DNA from: Azolla caroliniana
Lineage: Eukaryota; Plantae; Polypodiophyta
Assembly (NCBI GenBank): GCA_043228905.1
Contig: JBHGNT010000003.1
Coordinates: forward strand, 5,890,001-5,954,000
DNA: 64,000 bases
Direction: 5' to 3'
The notes under the pieces were generated by a model. That model was not told the origin of the DNA and did not search any database. It saw nothing but the letters and a program-made list of their open reading frames with translations. The position numbers and the translations under genes are program-made. Positions 1 to 14,143 of this stretch are shown in pieces (position 1 is the first letter of the stretch; the number at the start of each line of letters is the position of its first letter).

Positions 1-699
1 GGTTCGCTTCCCGGTAAACGACTCCTTGCACCTAGATACCCACCACACTTGCCCACCAGTAAGGCCAGCCACTAAAAACCAAATATCTACGTACCATTCT
101 TGTATGTAGCCAAGTTTTTTATTAACAACAAAATATATCCATTAAAATTTCGACAACAAGAGACAAGGTAATATCACATTTTATTGTTGCATTTTGAAAT
201 AAATAGAAAAGCCTAACTTTTTTGGAAAAAAGAAAAGAAAAGCCTAACCATATATGTAGTGCATTCGTTAAAAGTGTTATATAATGGCTATAGTTTCTTG
301 CCTCTAGTAACCAAACAATTATAGCAAAATGAAGCAACACATATATACATGAACTAGGATGATCCCAAGTCATCGTTTCATCATGCGAAACCTTCAGCAA
401 AGCACACCTCACTCACCTTGGTTATCCGTGTTCACATTTTCGTAAAAGCTCCTTTAAGCCGTTACGAATATGATTATGCTTCTATGTTAAACGGAAAGAA
501 GCTTGTAACAAGGATGCCAAAACTAATCCAAGTGGGTGTACAAATTTCTTCTCTCCCTCTAATGAACAATTCGTGGCACAAACAAACAATCATGACATTC
601 TAATTTCTACCATCACCTAGGTCACTTACCTCTAGAGTCTACACTCACTTCTAAGAAAGTTCAAGCTCTTTGAGATCTATACAATCACACTATCAAATT

Positions 700-1390
700 T
701 GATGCTCTTATTGTGGATCATAAATTTGAAACATTATCCACGTCATTTGAACGTAGCCACCACTCAATCACATCAGAGGTTCTTAATTATCCAACAACTA
801 TCAATGAGGCATTGTAGAGTCCAAATATTGAATGGCAAGCTTCGATGGAGAACGAGTTTGGATCTCCCTTTGCCAACAAAACATGGATCATAGTATCACT
901 CATTATATGCTACTATTCTAGCTCATGCAAATGGGTATTGTTTCAAAAATACACCTTGATGGTAGTAAATGGCATGCTAGGAACTTCGTATTGTGGGTCA
1001 TGATTTCCCTCGAGTGGAAGGACTTGAGTATTCTAAAACATTTTCTTTCTTTCTACATATGGAATCATTCCAACTATTATGGATCTAGCCACCATTCTTG
1101 ACGTTGAGGTTCGTCTTTTGGATGCACATGCAACATTCCTGCAAAGTGACCTACCAAAAGAAAACTACATGCCACAAACTCCTAGATTTGAGTCAAGTTT
1201 ACAACTCAACTATGTTTGTTGGATCCATTGATCCCTTATATGGACTTGATCAATCTCCTCGATTATGGTTTCCAGATTTATGAATTTCATGCTCTCTCAA
1301 GCCTACTCTATATCCAAACCAAATATTTACATCGGAAATAACAAGAGATCTAATTAACTATAACATTATATGTGGATGACATCCCTATAA
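700..1390 (+). pseudogene. Heavily decayed Ty1/Copia reverse-transcriptase remnant
   Basis: Fragments translate to Copia RT motifs: LYGLDQSPRLWF (~1236-1272; consensus LYGLKQSPRxW) and LYVDD (ttatatgtggatgac, ~1366-1380). Many stops/frameshifts; boundaries approximate. Confidence 0.55.
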
Positions 1391-3324
1391 TCAATTCAAC
1401 AACCTTCGACCTATCGATTTCATTCACATTGAGTCATTATTACATGTGGTTAGCGTGCTAGATCATTGAGAAGTATGTGATGCACTCCACGAGATTATCT
1501 TTGCCATAGCACGTGTGTATTGACATGTAGGCAATAGTGACTAGCAAAAAAGGTGGATAACCTAGTTACGATTGTCACAACATGAAAGGGTTTAAGATCC
1601 CAAACACATTGGCATATTGTGGTTTGGCATCATTAGCCACTATATGTCTTGGATTCGTAAATGGTTTGGAATTGACCGAGTAGTCTCATTAGACGTGCTC
1701 ACTACAATATTCAGGGGTTCCTCAAAGTTCTTGCAATGTGGGTTAAAAAAATATTAAAGGAATAGAATGTTGGGGTGTGGAAGGTCACATATGAGCTTTG
1801 ACCCCTCTTTGAATTGTGTACAAGATGAGGCCCTTCCAGAAGCAAATGTCAGGATTGTAGGTGGTGGTCAAAACGGAGACTTTATAGGGAAACAAAATCC
1901 ACTAAGCTCATCACCTATAAGTTGTCGGGTGTTGTCATCGCGTTGGTAGTTCAGTAGGAAAACTTTCGGCACAATCAATATGGATATTGAGGAAAACTTG
2001 ACCACACTAGGTGAGGATATTAGTACTTATCAATAAAAATTCATACAACAGGGCACAAAGTAAACAAAAATTGAATTGCTTGATTAACACACCAAGTAAG
2101 AGAAAGCGACACACATGCTAAAACAAAGGTGCTCTATTAAAATGTATCTTTCTTTGCCTTAAAAGGGTTTCTATTACAAGGGAGAAGAGCAAGGCCACAT
2201 AAATGTTGTTAGATACCTCCCACTATTTACATTTTATGGTAACCTCTTTGTATCTTCTAATTATATGGATAATGGAATTATAATTTTAGTTTACACTCGC
2301 CCTAGGGGATGGCTAACATCAATTACATGGAAGACCATGATATCACATGGATTGGCCAACAATTGGGAAGATATCAATCAACCCAATGTAATGCATCCCA
2401 CATTTGACGCTTGGCAAAAGGCTAGGATGGGGATAGCGGTGCATTTGAAAGAGGTGGATATGGTGCTTGTTGTGGGATCGCCTTTATGAAGTTTGTTTTG
2501 AGTATTACTAGGAGGCTACAACGCGTTCATCTTTGTGTCTCACATTTGAAATGTTGATGTGTGTTTCTCTTTCATTATTTACTTGTCATTTGTAAGAATG
2601 TCCTCGTAATTGTGTCGTATACCATGTGCATCTTTGAATATGAATGCCCTTGAGTGCTTATATGCATAAATGACGTCGTCGCAATCTTCTTTAGTTATTT
2701 AAGAGAGAAAAGTCGAATGGACAATAAAGAAGACTAATTAAAGAGACACTATAATGAAATAGATTTGAAGAATTTCTGCATTATTCTTCTTATATTAAAA
2801 ACAATGTTATCCCGTGCATTTTGATCATTCATCTTTTTAGCATTCTTAATCAATCATATAGCTTCGGAGTTTTGCGAGAAGCAATAACGCATCAACCTCA
2901 TGTTTTATTTTGTATGGCTAAAGAACATACCACAACAAAATAAAGGCAAATTTCTACTGGGATTATGATCATCTAAAGTTAAATATGTCATGAATGAAAG
3001 AAATTGGCGTCAAATTACTACATGTAAATCCTAAAACTCATGCAACATCTAATATACCATAATGCAAATTGTTGGTATTAGATTTCGAAGATATTTCCTT
3101 TCTAATATGGCCTACTCCCATAATGAAACTAATCTTGTTAACGAGTACTTGTATTCCATTTATTAGAAAGGCTCTATTCAAGCAACAAGAAACTGATATA
3201 AAAGTGGGTATTTTCATGATGGTGTGGCCAACTCCTTAGAACAAAACATGAGCAATGTTACATTCTTGAACCTATTATGTTCTGCACATGCCTTCTTCTA
3301 AGTTCATACCTATTCCACCCAAAC

Positions 3325-3845
3325 AAAACCATGCGTTATATGGCCCACTATTTGTATCTAAGACATCAATTCACATGTTCCCATTTTGCAAATTTTGCAT
3401 AAAGTAAAGATTACTAATGCCACAAGTAACTAATGCATTAAGAGCCATTGTCATACTTCATTGAGAAATATTGTAATAAATGCCTTCAAATACATATAGA
3501 GAGTCACAAAACCATGTGTTATTCAGCCCACTATTTGTATCTAGGACATCAATTCACACATCTCCATTTTTAAATTTTTGCATAAAATAAAGATTACTAA
3601 TGCCAACTAGTAACTAAAGCATTAAGAGCCATTCTCATACTTCATTGAGAAATATTGTAAATTGTAATAAAAGCCGTCAAATACATATGGAGAATCACAA
3701 ATGATATGGACATGAGAAACAATCATGTCTTCATAGAAAAACCCCGAATTTGCAAACTCTACTATCTAATTCATGCATTGAGAGTTGTCATAATTCATTG
3801 GAAATATTCTAATATAAGCCTTCAAATACACATGGAGGTTCACAA
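3325..3845. repeat. Tandem direct repeat of ~185 bp (two clear copies plus a degenerate third)
   Basis: caaaaccatg..gcccactatttgtatcta.gacatcaattcaca..agattactaatgcc..gcattaagagccatt.tcatacttcattgagaaatattgtaa..caaatacatat occurs at ~3325 and ~3507; weaker copy ~3700-3845. Confidence 0.7.
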
Positions 3846-6800
3846 ATGGTATGCACATGAGAATTATTCATATCGTCATACACAACCTCAATTTTGCAAA
3901 CACATGCATAAATGATGAATGACAAGTTTGAGTTGGATCAACACTAAAGACACTGTGGAACTTACGAATAAAATGACATGTTCGAAATAGGATAAACTTT
4001 CTGCAATTTTCACCTCCAACATTAGACAGGATGTGTTCCAGCAGAATGCTATAGATTTTCGGAAGACCATCGGAAAGATACGCGCGCGAGAATAAACAAA
4101 TACAAAGTCTTGCTGCCAAAGGAAAGGAAAGGTGAATAAAACATTCGACCGACATTTCGATGATTGGAAAATTTATATGTATATATTATCGATTGACAAA
4201 AAGATGAGAAGCTTGAATACTCTTCTATCGAATAAGGTGACCCTAAGGCTCGAACCAAACCAAACTTCTCATTGAAGGCTATACTTAATTGACCCTATTT
4301 AGTTAAAGAAAGTGATATACGTAATAAAGAGCTGTGAAAGAATGAAAGTTTGGAGCCCAACACCTTACGTGGATAGGTAGCATATTGCCACTAGTTAAGC
4401 CCTTCACATTAAAATAAGATATGATAGAAACTCCTAGTCAAAATGGTCTTCTTGATTGTGAAATCTCATCTTAAAAATAGAAAGAGATGGAGGTTCCTAA
4501 TGCTCGTGATCTTATTAAAGGTGAAACGTCACATTCAAGAAGATGATGTTCTTACTTTGAAAGGTCATAACCACTTCAATGACCATGAAAAGTTTGGGGG
4601 TAAACAACAACTACAACAATTGTGATGCATATACGGCAATTAGTATGTTGTCAACTACAAGATTAAAATCTTGAGTTAGAAAAGACAAACCTACTAGGGT
4701 GAAATATATTTGGAAATAGACCTAGGTACATGCCTAATAATTGGTCAATAGGCGAATGCATGCGCAAACAAAATTAAAATATAGAAGCATGTTTCAACAC
4801 ACATTTACATCTATATGGAGTAGGTCAACTTTCATGGATACATAAACATTCACTTGACCCAATATTGTGCCTCTTTATCATATTCTACTAAAACGTTTAA
4901 GATAGGTAACATAGATTTTACTAAATAAGAAATGTTCTAAAAATATGAAATGTTAAATTATAGAAACAAACCATGTCTCACTACCACCCAAGATATCTTA
5001 ATATGGCTTAAAAGCGACCTAGTGACAAGATTTTAGGCTACACCCACGCATGTGCTTGTATGTTCAAGTTTGCAAAACTAAAGTGTTCATATGTATATTT
5101 TCTTGCATTACTCAATTTTCCTTGAACATTTAGTTCATATGTCCTCAATTTGTTTTTTTCTATGAAAATGACTCTAAATTTTCAATATACTAAAAGAGCG
5201 CACATACATGAGCCCAAAAAAGAACCCACACATGTAATATTAAAAAGAAATGAGAATGAGAACTGTGTTGTTAGAAGCAAGACATTACGTGCAAGGCACA
5301 ACTTGGTGCAGTTCCTCACAATTGGTCATTAATAGGAGAGCCCAAGAGAAAGAGAGATGGAGCAATTTGTTTGAGTTGCAAAGTAGACCTTGAACCTCAT
5401 AAATAGTGCAAGCAATAAAAAGTTGAATGCAAATGTTAACTAAGCATAATATCTAATCACATGAAAAGTACTCGAGAAAAAGAAAAACCTATAGCTCTTT
5501 AGTATTACCCCACCATCTTGATCTTACAAATGCTTTCTAGACACGCAGAGACACAAAATGCCAAAATCACCATGAATGTCGTTGCTCTATAAAAGCATTC
5601 CAATTGAAGGACAATACGTTGCCCTTTTTTTAACGAGGTAATGCTAAAGAAAAATTGTCTTCCATTCACTTCAACAATCACAATCCTCACAACCTTATTA
5701 TGTCATGGTAAAATAGAAAGTTGTTGGAATTTTAAATCACTTTCAAATGCTTGCTTGAATCCCATACTATATATCTAAGATAATAAGAGATAACACTAAA
5801 ATACCCTTGACTTTCTACAAACGACTATGCTACCCTAGTTTTTCTTCAAATTAACAAAGTATACCTTTATTTTCCAAAATACCCTACTTTTTAATCAATC
5901 AACCAAATTACTCATGTTCATAATATACTTGTGTTCATTATTATGAGTGCTATAATTAATTACAAGACTTAAATACTAATGTTATTGGTAATTTTGTTGG
6001 GTCAAGTTAATCAAAATTTAAGACTTTCTTGGGCTAAAAAGGAAAGGGGAGTTTTTCCCTTGATGTCGGTTCTCACAAACCCCCTAACATTGCAACTTCA
6101 TCCTTCACTAAGGATGTGGAGAATTTCAGGTAAGACTAGATGTTTCTCAACTAAATCATGTAGTGAAGCTATCAAATTACATCCAGTTTGTAAAAAGAGA
6201 ATGCATGGATCGAGTTTATAAATAATGAATTTACATTTATGTTTGTCAAAGATTGAAGACATACTTTTGATTGATTTATGATGGGAAGAAGGGACACTAT
6301 TTTGTTGGCTATGTATATAAAGTGAATGTCAATTCCAATTAAGAGAAAGTTAAAGCAACAAAGACATACTTCAGGACATTGTCGATTGGTTTCGTAAAGG
6401 ACAAATTATACGAAGAATGGCACTTTCATTGAGCCATCAATCCCAAAATTTCACCCATGTGCACATTGTTCACAAAATGTCATTTTAAGACTAATGATAA
6501 CAATAGAGTGGGATATGAACCTAGTGATAATGGAAGCTACACCTATTGATCAATTATGGGAAGGAGGAAAACATTATTGCAAATTTTCTTAGTCTCTATT
6601 AGTTCATCTTTAATATCATTTTGTGAATTAATATGTGGCATTTTATGAATCATATGACCATCATGGGCATTTCAGCATTTATAGCAAAGTTAGGGTTTCA
6701 TGTTCTACTATACTTTTCCAACAAACATTAAGAGAGATTCTCCAAATGGAAAGACAAATATGAGTTTATCGAGTAAATGCATGGAGAATTGTATTGATAA

Positions 6801-7582
6801 CCATATTGTCATTGTTAATGTGAATGTGAATGAAAAGAGAGATTGTACCAAAGTCTTTGGAATCGTGTCATTGATCTAGAAAATGTTAAGATTGTGTAAT
6901 GCAAGATAAATTAGAGAGATTCTATCAAAGCCCTATGTTAGGATATACATATATAATTAGGTCTTCAAATGTAGGACAAAGTTCATATCTACATATTCAA
7001 CTCAATAGTATAGGTCATGTAGTCAGACCTTGGTAAGATGGTGTCCTCGAAATTAGATTAAGGTTCAAGTATGTAGTTCTATAAAATGAAATAAAATGTA
7101 TTTTGATGCTATAATAAAAAAGACATCTATCAAGAGGTTCTGATATTGGTGACATTATTACTTTACAGTATGCACCTTGCAATGTTGTGTATAGCTTTAT
7201 GCCAAATTTAGCTTTTGTATCATCTTGAGATTTAGGACACCTCCCAAGTTGATGGATTTTTTTATTGTGTCAATATATTATATGTTACTTTTACGAGCAT
7301 ATTATCATGTGAACTATAATATTTCTTTTATACTCGAGAGTTTTGCCATTTCACAACTCACCTATATTTTTTAAATAGTTTATTATATATAAACCATGTG
7401 CCATGAGAGAGAGAGAGATGAAGAATGCACGAACCTAAAAGGCGATACACTAGATCGATATGTCCACTTCATAAAGGTGCACTAAGGCACATGTGAACAT
7501 TAAAAAAACTGAATTAAAGAGTTGTAAATACTATAATTATGCCCTTGGCATGGATGTTAACATAGCTAAGCTTAGTGTTAAC

Positions 7583-7583
<1 letters not shown>

Positions 7584-7632
<49 letters not shown>
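7584..7632. repeat. (AG)n microsatellite
   Basis: About 24 uninterrupted AG units; further AG/CT tracts at ~7926-7956, ~9190-9230, ~33354-33385. Confidence 0.95.
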
Positions 7633-7634
<2 letters not shown>

Positions 7635-7924
7635 TCGGTGTTCGAGCTTTACCCCCCCCATTGTAAGAGTGATTGAATCACCTTTGATACTAGGGTCTAT
7701 GGCACAATCGGAATATGAGAAAATGGGTTTTTCTTTGATGGTCTCCGTGGAGTACATAGGCCCCAAGGAAAAGTGATTTGGCAGTTTCCATGACTCCATT
7801 GTAGTAGGGACAACAAGACATTTGGTATTGTCAGTTTTTAATACAACCCCGCTTTTATGGATATAAAAGAAGAGAGATGTATGTGGAGAGGAATTTTGGA
7901 ATCTTTTTATTGCAAGTTTTATTC

Positions 7925-7960
<36 letters not shown>

Positions 7961-9187
7961 ATAGAGATTGGGTGCTCTTCTTGCCTATTGGCACTTCAAC
8001 ATGGCACACTATCTATGTAGTGGCGACACTAAATTATCTATAGTATCAATGTAGTGTTCTTTTTACGTGCAATTAATATAATTGTGTGCTTTCCAAGAGA
8101 GAGCGAGGAGAGAGAGGTGTCAGAGTATTTGTGGTGAGCACTATGGTAGTTAGAATTAATTGGAATTTCGGAATCATTTTTGCACAAGTTTGTCGTCGTC
8201 ACTGCTCATGAAAGAGAGAGAAAGAGATTGGGAGTGAAAAAGTGGGAAAGAAGAATCATGAAATGGTGTATAAATAAAGAGGAGAAGAAAACTCTTTCTC
8301 CAAGCTTTTTGGGAGGCCAGTGGGTCCGTAAGGAATATGCACCCTCCGTCGACGCCACATGTCATTCTCTCATTGGTTCATATCTACCTCTCCTCAAAGG
8401 AAGGATCTTTTTGCACTTCAGTCTAGGTTTAGTTACATTCCATTACTCCATCAAATAAACTTTTATACACATAAAAAATACACACACACACACACACACA
8501 CACAAAAAACCCAAACCCAAAATGCCCACTAAAATGTTTTCTGCAAATTAAAAAGCACTCACTCGATATCACGATTCTATGGTGATTTAAAAAATTTCGA
8601 ATGTATATGGAAATTAATCGCAATTATTCTGTCTTCGGACTCAGTACGGGTTTCGACGGGGACATTGCTCGGGCACACTTCGGTGCAATGCTTATATTGT
8701 CAACCCATTACAAGGTCTCACCAGAACTTTCGGACCACTTCATTCATGTTGGGGTTTGCACATAGGACAAGGTTTGCCTCAACCCCTGGTCCCAACAATT
8801 CAATCGATCTGTCATAGGCTAGGAGCTCGTGCCATCCGTTCGATTCATGTTGCGAGAAAGAGGCTTGCTTTAGCCTCCCCAATCTCCTGTTAAGAAAAAA
8901 TGCAAAATTGAAAAAAATGAAAAAAAAAAAAATTACAAAAATGAAAAAACGAAAAATGAAAAATGAAAAAAAGAAAAGAAAAAACCTCCCTCTGCTCCCC
9001 TGTTTTCTTCATTTTCCTGTGTATTTCCTCATTTTTCTATAAATAGGTTTGTAGAGGTGGAGCATGGGAGGAGTAAGGAGGAACACAGGAGAGGTGAAGG
9101 AGGAGAAGGAGGAGGAGGAGGAAATAAAAGAGCTGTTTTTCTGCAAAGAAAAAAAGCTCTGTTTCTTCCCTTCTTCCATCCGTCCTT

Positions 9188-9235
<48 letters not shown>

Positions 9236-9236
9236 C

Positions 9237-12200
9237 ATGGATATCTCCACTAGCTCTGTACATCTCTTGGGCTTTCTCTGCCTCCTCCTCTCGTCCATTG
9301 CTATTGCTTTGGTCTCTGGTAAGCAAGCGTTAGTTAATAATACACACATACATGCATATATTCCGTTCTCATAATCAATTGACCATGCGTTTCTCTTAAT
9401 CCCCCCTATACGCCCTTAAGATTTCGTTTTTTTTATCTTTCAGACAAGGTATGTAGGCATAGTAGCTACATGAATGGAAAACAACTGCATTGAATTAATG
9501 CAAACATGTATGCCATTTATCATTCATATAGCTACTATGCCCACATAGCTTGTGTGTGTAATTTTTTCTTGTTTTTTTCTCTTGTGTAATTAAAATGATT
9601 TGACATTAAGTTGGGTTTTTTCTGTTGGCCTTTGTGTAGGATTGCCCATCTTGGATTCTTCCAAGGCTTCACAAGATTATGTATTGAAGGTCGAACCCAT
9701 GCTGAGGCTAAAAGAGCTTGGAAGCGTAAGTTCCCATGTTTTATTTTCCTTCTCATTCTCTTTGGCATGTGTGTGTAGTTTACAAGAGAAACTATTCATT
9801 AGGAAAAGAAAATCAAAGAGAACATGGTACTTGAGCTTAGAAATATATATTATGATGAAAATTATGTGTTTATCTTTGAGCTTATATGGTGTTTTTATAT
9901 TGTTTAAATGCAATAGATAAGTGACTCTACCCAGTATTTGCAAAGAACCTTCTTAAGCAAGGCATCAATGGATGCTGCGAAGCTGATCTATACATGGATG
10001 GAGGATGCTGGGATGATAAGGTATTTATATACTGTTTATGTGATACATACATATAGTTTGGGTTTAGACACAAACTATTTAAGTTGTAGGAAAACCAAAG
10101 CATTTTTCTTAATTGATATATCAATTTTGTTTCCTATTTGGACTTTTGAAGGATGTTGTAATAGATATACACAAACTATATCCATATAGCTTATTTCATT
10201 TGGTCATATGTATAACTAGATTGATGATACCAGAAATGTGAAAATGTCCAGTTAGATATCTTGTGATACATGATTCCATCTTCCAACTAGGTTCTGGTTG
10301 GTTTTTCATTTGATCATAAATGAATAGCCTTGGGTGGATTATACTGGAAATGTAAGATGATATTTGTTGCGAGAAATGATAGCTTTGTCATTGCTTTTTC
10401 ATTTTGTCTTGTATAGCTGGATTGATGATATTGGAAATGTCCATGGACGAGTTGATTGTGGAAATGCTTCAGCTCCAATATTGTTCATAGGTTCCCATTT
10501 GGTATGTATGTATGCATTTGTGGATCTCATGTTTACCAGCACTTGAGAAGTGCCCAACCCCTTGGGATAGTCTAATTTGGACATTTCTTGGACCATCAGG
10601 ACACTGTGATTGATGCTGGGATGTATGATGGAGCGCTTGGCATCATAACCGCAATAGCAGCAGTTAAAGTTTTGAAAATTAAGGGCCAACTTCATAACTT
10701 TCCTCGTCCAATCGAGGTAATTAAAGATCAAGAATATATAACTGTTCTAAAGTCGAAAGAGAAATTCCAGTATTGTCTGCTGATCGACAAGGCTGGTATG
10801 TAGATCCTTTTTTCTAAAACTTATGTGTGCTGTATATACCAGGTTATTGCTTTTAGTGATGAAGAGGGAGTCCGGTTTCAGTCAACCTTTCTTGGAAGTG
10901 CTGCTGTAGCTGGGAAATTTTCTGAGAACCTTCTTAGCGTCACAGACAAAAGGTGAGCTAAACTTACCCATTGATGTGAAACTGCCCTGTGATAACCGCT
11001 CTTTGTTAGATGCACTCAAAAGCATTGGAATGGAGATGTGGATTTTAAGATGGTATTGAACTACCATTGAATTATTTTTCCCTAGCTAATATATCTATCT
11101 ATATTATTCTTTCGTTGCAGAGGCATCACACTTGGAACAGCCCTAAAGGATGCCTCCTTTCCAGGCACACTACAGAGTCTATCAAATATCAAGTATGACA
11201 CAGATGCCGTTTGGGGCTATGTTGAGGTAGTATATTTTTTCATTGTAATTCTTTGAAATTTCACATGAGAAGCACAGTACCTCAAAATCTTATATAATTG
11301 TACATTTTCGTAGATACATATAGAGCAAGGTCCAGTCCTTGAAAGACAAGGAATTTCACTGGGAGTGGTAGGAAGCATTGCTGGCCAAACAAGGCTCTCG
11401 GTAGGTAACACCTTTATTCAATGTTACAAATTGTGGATCACTTCCAACCACACTTCCAACCATGGAAATTGAACTATTAGGTGGAATATAAATACATATG
11501 TAAAACAGCAAAAGTTTGTTTTTAACTGAACACACTTAATTCAACTATCTTTGATGGAAGTTTGAGTATGTACCTCTTATTCAATAGTTTTTTAGAATAA
11601 CCTTGGGTCTTTAATATGAAGGTAAAATTAATGGGGCTCCAAGGACATGCCGGTACGGTGCCCATGGCCATGAGAAGAGACGCAATGGTGGCTGCTGCGG
11701 GAGCAATAGTGGCCATCGAACACATATGCAAGCATCCAGAAGAGTTTCTCACAAATGAGTTAGAGCTAACTGAAAGGCACCATTTTGTTAATGAAGGTGC
11801 TTTGGTGTGTACTGTTGGTGAGATTGCGGCATGGCCGGGTGCTAGCAATGTCATCCCTGGAGAGGTCATACATGCACCCACGCATACACCCCTGGATTGC
11901 TTATTGCTTCAATTTGGAATATACATGCATGCATGGTGTTATGGATCTGATTCGTTTTTTGTGCCATATAGGTTGTCTTCACTGTGGACATCCGAGCCGA
12001 GAATGATGATGTTCGAACCAAAGCCGTTCACGCCATACGGAACCAAATCGAAGCAATGAGCCAGGATAGGCAAATATCTTATGAAATTGCAATCAAGGTA
12101 CGCGTGCACATGCGGTAACAGCCAAGTTTTCTTCAATCTATTTGTTAATGCCTCAATAGAAAATTTGTTAAGAGTAGCAAAAAACTAGCCCTAGTTTTGG

Positions 12201-12726
12201 CACAATCTTGAATTTTCAACTTCATGAATTCAATCACAACTCTTCTTGTATGCATTTATAGCATGAAGCAAGAGGAATACATTGTGACTCGGATATTCAG
12301 GAGCGTCTGTTTAAAGCAACAACACAAGCTCTACATGATCTTCCGACTTCAGGCTTGCATTCAGATCGTCAATTTGTTCCAACACTAGTCAGTGGTGCGG
12401 GTCACGATGCATTAATGATGGCACATTTGACGAAAGTATGCCTACAAGCATATACTTATTTAAGTTATTTTCACACCCATCAATATAATTTGTTTAGACC
12501 AAGTGATTTTGATCTTGTGTTTCCTTCTTAATTTTTTGGTCTGTGTGTGTGAAAAAAGGTTGGAATGTTGTTTGTTCGATGCTCTGGGGGTATAAGTCAC
12601 TCGCCTGATGAACATGTGCTAGATGAGGACGTATGGGCTGCAAGCCTAGCTCTACATTCCTTTTTGGATAATGAAATCACTACTAACAACCAAGAGAGAA
12701 TCGTTGATCCTGAAGAGGTGTCTTAG
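9237..12726 (+). CDS. AAH: Allantoate amidohydrolase / allantoate deiminase (M20 metallopeptidase family, ureide catabolism), 12 exons, ~495 aa
   Basis: Manual splice with GT-AG introns, frame-consistent: 9237-9318, 9640-9725, 9917-10020, 10417-10501, 10600-10716, 10843-10952, 11121-11226, 11314-11400, 11622-11864, 11972-12097, 12262-12435, 12559-12726 (1488 nt). Motifs GSHLDTVIDAGMYDGALG, AFSDEEGVRFQSTFLGS, EIHIEQGPVLE, GHAGTVPM, SNVIPGE, SGAGHDA, GGISHSPDE. Hydrophobic N-terminal signal peptide (MDISTSSVHLLGFLCLLLSSIAIALVSG) fits the known ER location of plant AAH. Confidence 0.95.
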
Positions 12727-13699
12727 ATGGTTACATAAGGAGAAGAAGAAGAAACATTTCTAACATCTCTCTACTTTGTACATTTTCTTGTAGAAACATC
12801 TGATAGTTTCTTGTAGCATATTCCAAAAGCATATCACACTTCATCACATTCCACACACTCAATTGGCATCTTATTGTATAAACATCATACTCTTTTTACC
12901 GAACAAACTGGAGATTATCAAGCAGCAGATAAAAGCTTTCTGCTTACAAAATGAAATGGTTCATGTTTATAGCAAATTCTCTGGTTCATAAAACAAAAAC
13001 ACCACCAAGAAAATGCCAAAAATATATTAGATAATGGCTCGACCAAAAATGTCCTCACATACTACTCTCGCACACTTTTTGTGGATCTATGCTATCCTTC
13101 TAGATATTTGTTCCTTTAGTTAGAGGTACAGTTGGATCAACATCTACCGCATATATATTCCTAAGCTATGTGTATGGAGTTGTTGCTGCCCATATTTATT
13201 CCTGCAACTTATATGATGTCTCTTTTTCTCTTTGCGTCTTTGTAGACCATTTTTATATTATGATGTGTATGAATTATTTATGTCATTCCAAAACATATGT
13301 TCTCTTAAGTGTCTCAACCAAAAGCGAGCTATTCTAGGTATGCATTAGTCTACCATGGCAAGTAAATTCTTTTTAATGGATTACATAGCAAGAGGTATTT
13401 CAAGTGGCAAGTGTGATGTACATTATTGTGTTGAGCATTAATACATTGCATTTTTGGCAATTATGATATTAACCTCCCTATCTATGAAAATACACCTCAT
13501 ACCTTTGTGCAAACGAGTGCCAATAGTAGTTAAAGAAAATGATCATTTGATGAGTTAAATGCAAGGGGTGGATGAGTATAGTTGTAAAGTTAGTAGGTCT
13601 ATGTGTAAGGATGATATTGATTATGTGAATGATTCAATCTATGAGCATACGTGTATGTGTTTGTTGAGGAGCACATGATCTTAAATAGAGTTAGATACT

Positions 13700-14143
13700 A
13701 ATGTAAGCATGAGATAAGGAAATATATTATTAGAAAATAGAGAGGAGAGAGAGAGAGAGAGAGAAATAAGGGTGTCGATCCACCTAACCACCCCCCGAGC
13801 GAAGGGATTGAGACGGGCTTGAGCCTCAATCGACATCCCATACCATTACCGTGGCATCGAGTCATACCTAGTACCGGCGCTCGCTTACAAGAGTTTGATC
13901 ACCACTTGATCAAAGTCTCAACGTAGTCGAATCATGTGTCAAATGAGGGTAGCTAGGCCTCATATTTATTGCCAGACCTAAGGCCCCCAAGCAAGTTCAC
14001 ACTTGGCCTTAATGGGTTGTCTCAATCCCAATGATTAAAAGTAATCATTCCCTTCTTTACACTCTCGTTTAACCCTCACACTCGTGTATAGAATACTACG
14101 ATACAATCTTACCACAGGATATTATATGGTCATGCCCGCAACA
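13700..14143 (-). mobile_element. Solo-LTR-like fragment (TG start at 14143 on minus strand; left boundary uncertain)
   Basis: Minus strand begins TGTTGCGGGCATGACC, then a TATA-like ATAAATAT, TTGTAA and a CT tract, typical LTR architecture. Shares ~130 bp with the element at 41510-41711. No TSD resolved. Confidence 0.5.

Noticed and set aside
3868-4258. Short ORFs considered as a possible organellar (maturase-like) insertion
   Set aside because: Only a vague resemblance; no diagnostic motif could be confirmed without a search.
8620-8890. GC-richer block considered as an snRNA, 7SL, MRP or telomerase RNA gene
   Set aside because: No hallmark sequences of these RNAs or telomere template found on either strand.
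7578-9374. ORFs containing SLSLSL or ERERER runs
   Set aside because: Translations of (CT)/(AG) microsatellites; only 9237-9318 is supported as coding (AAH exon 1).
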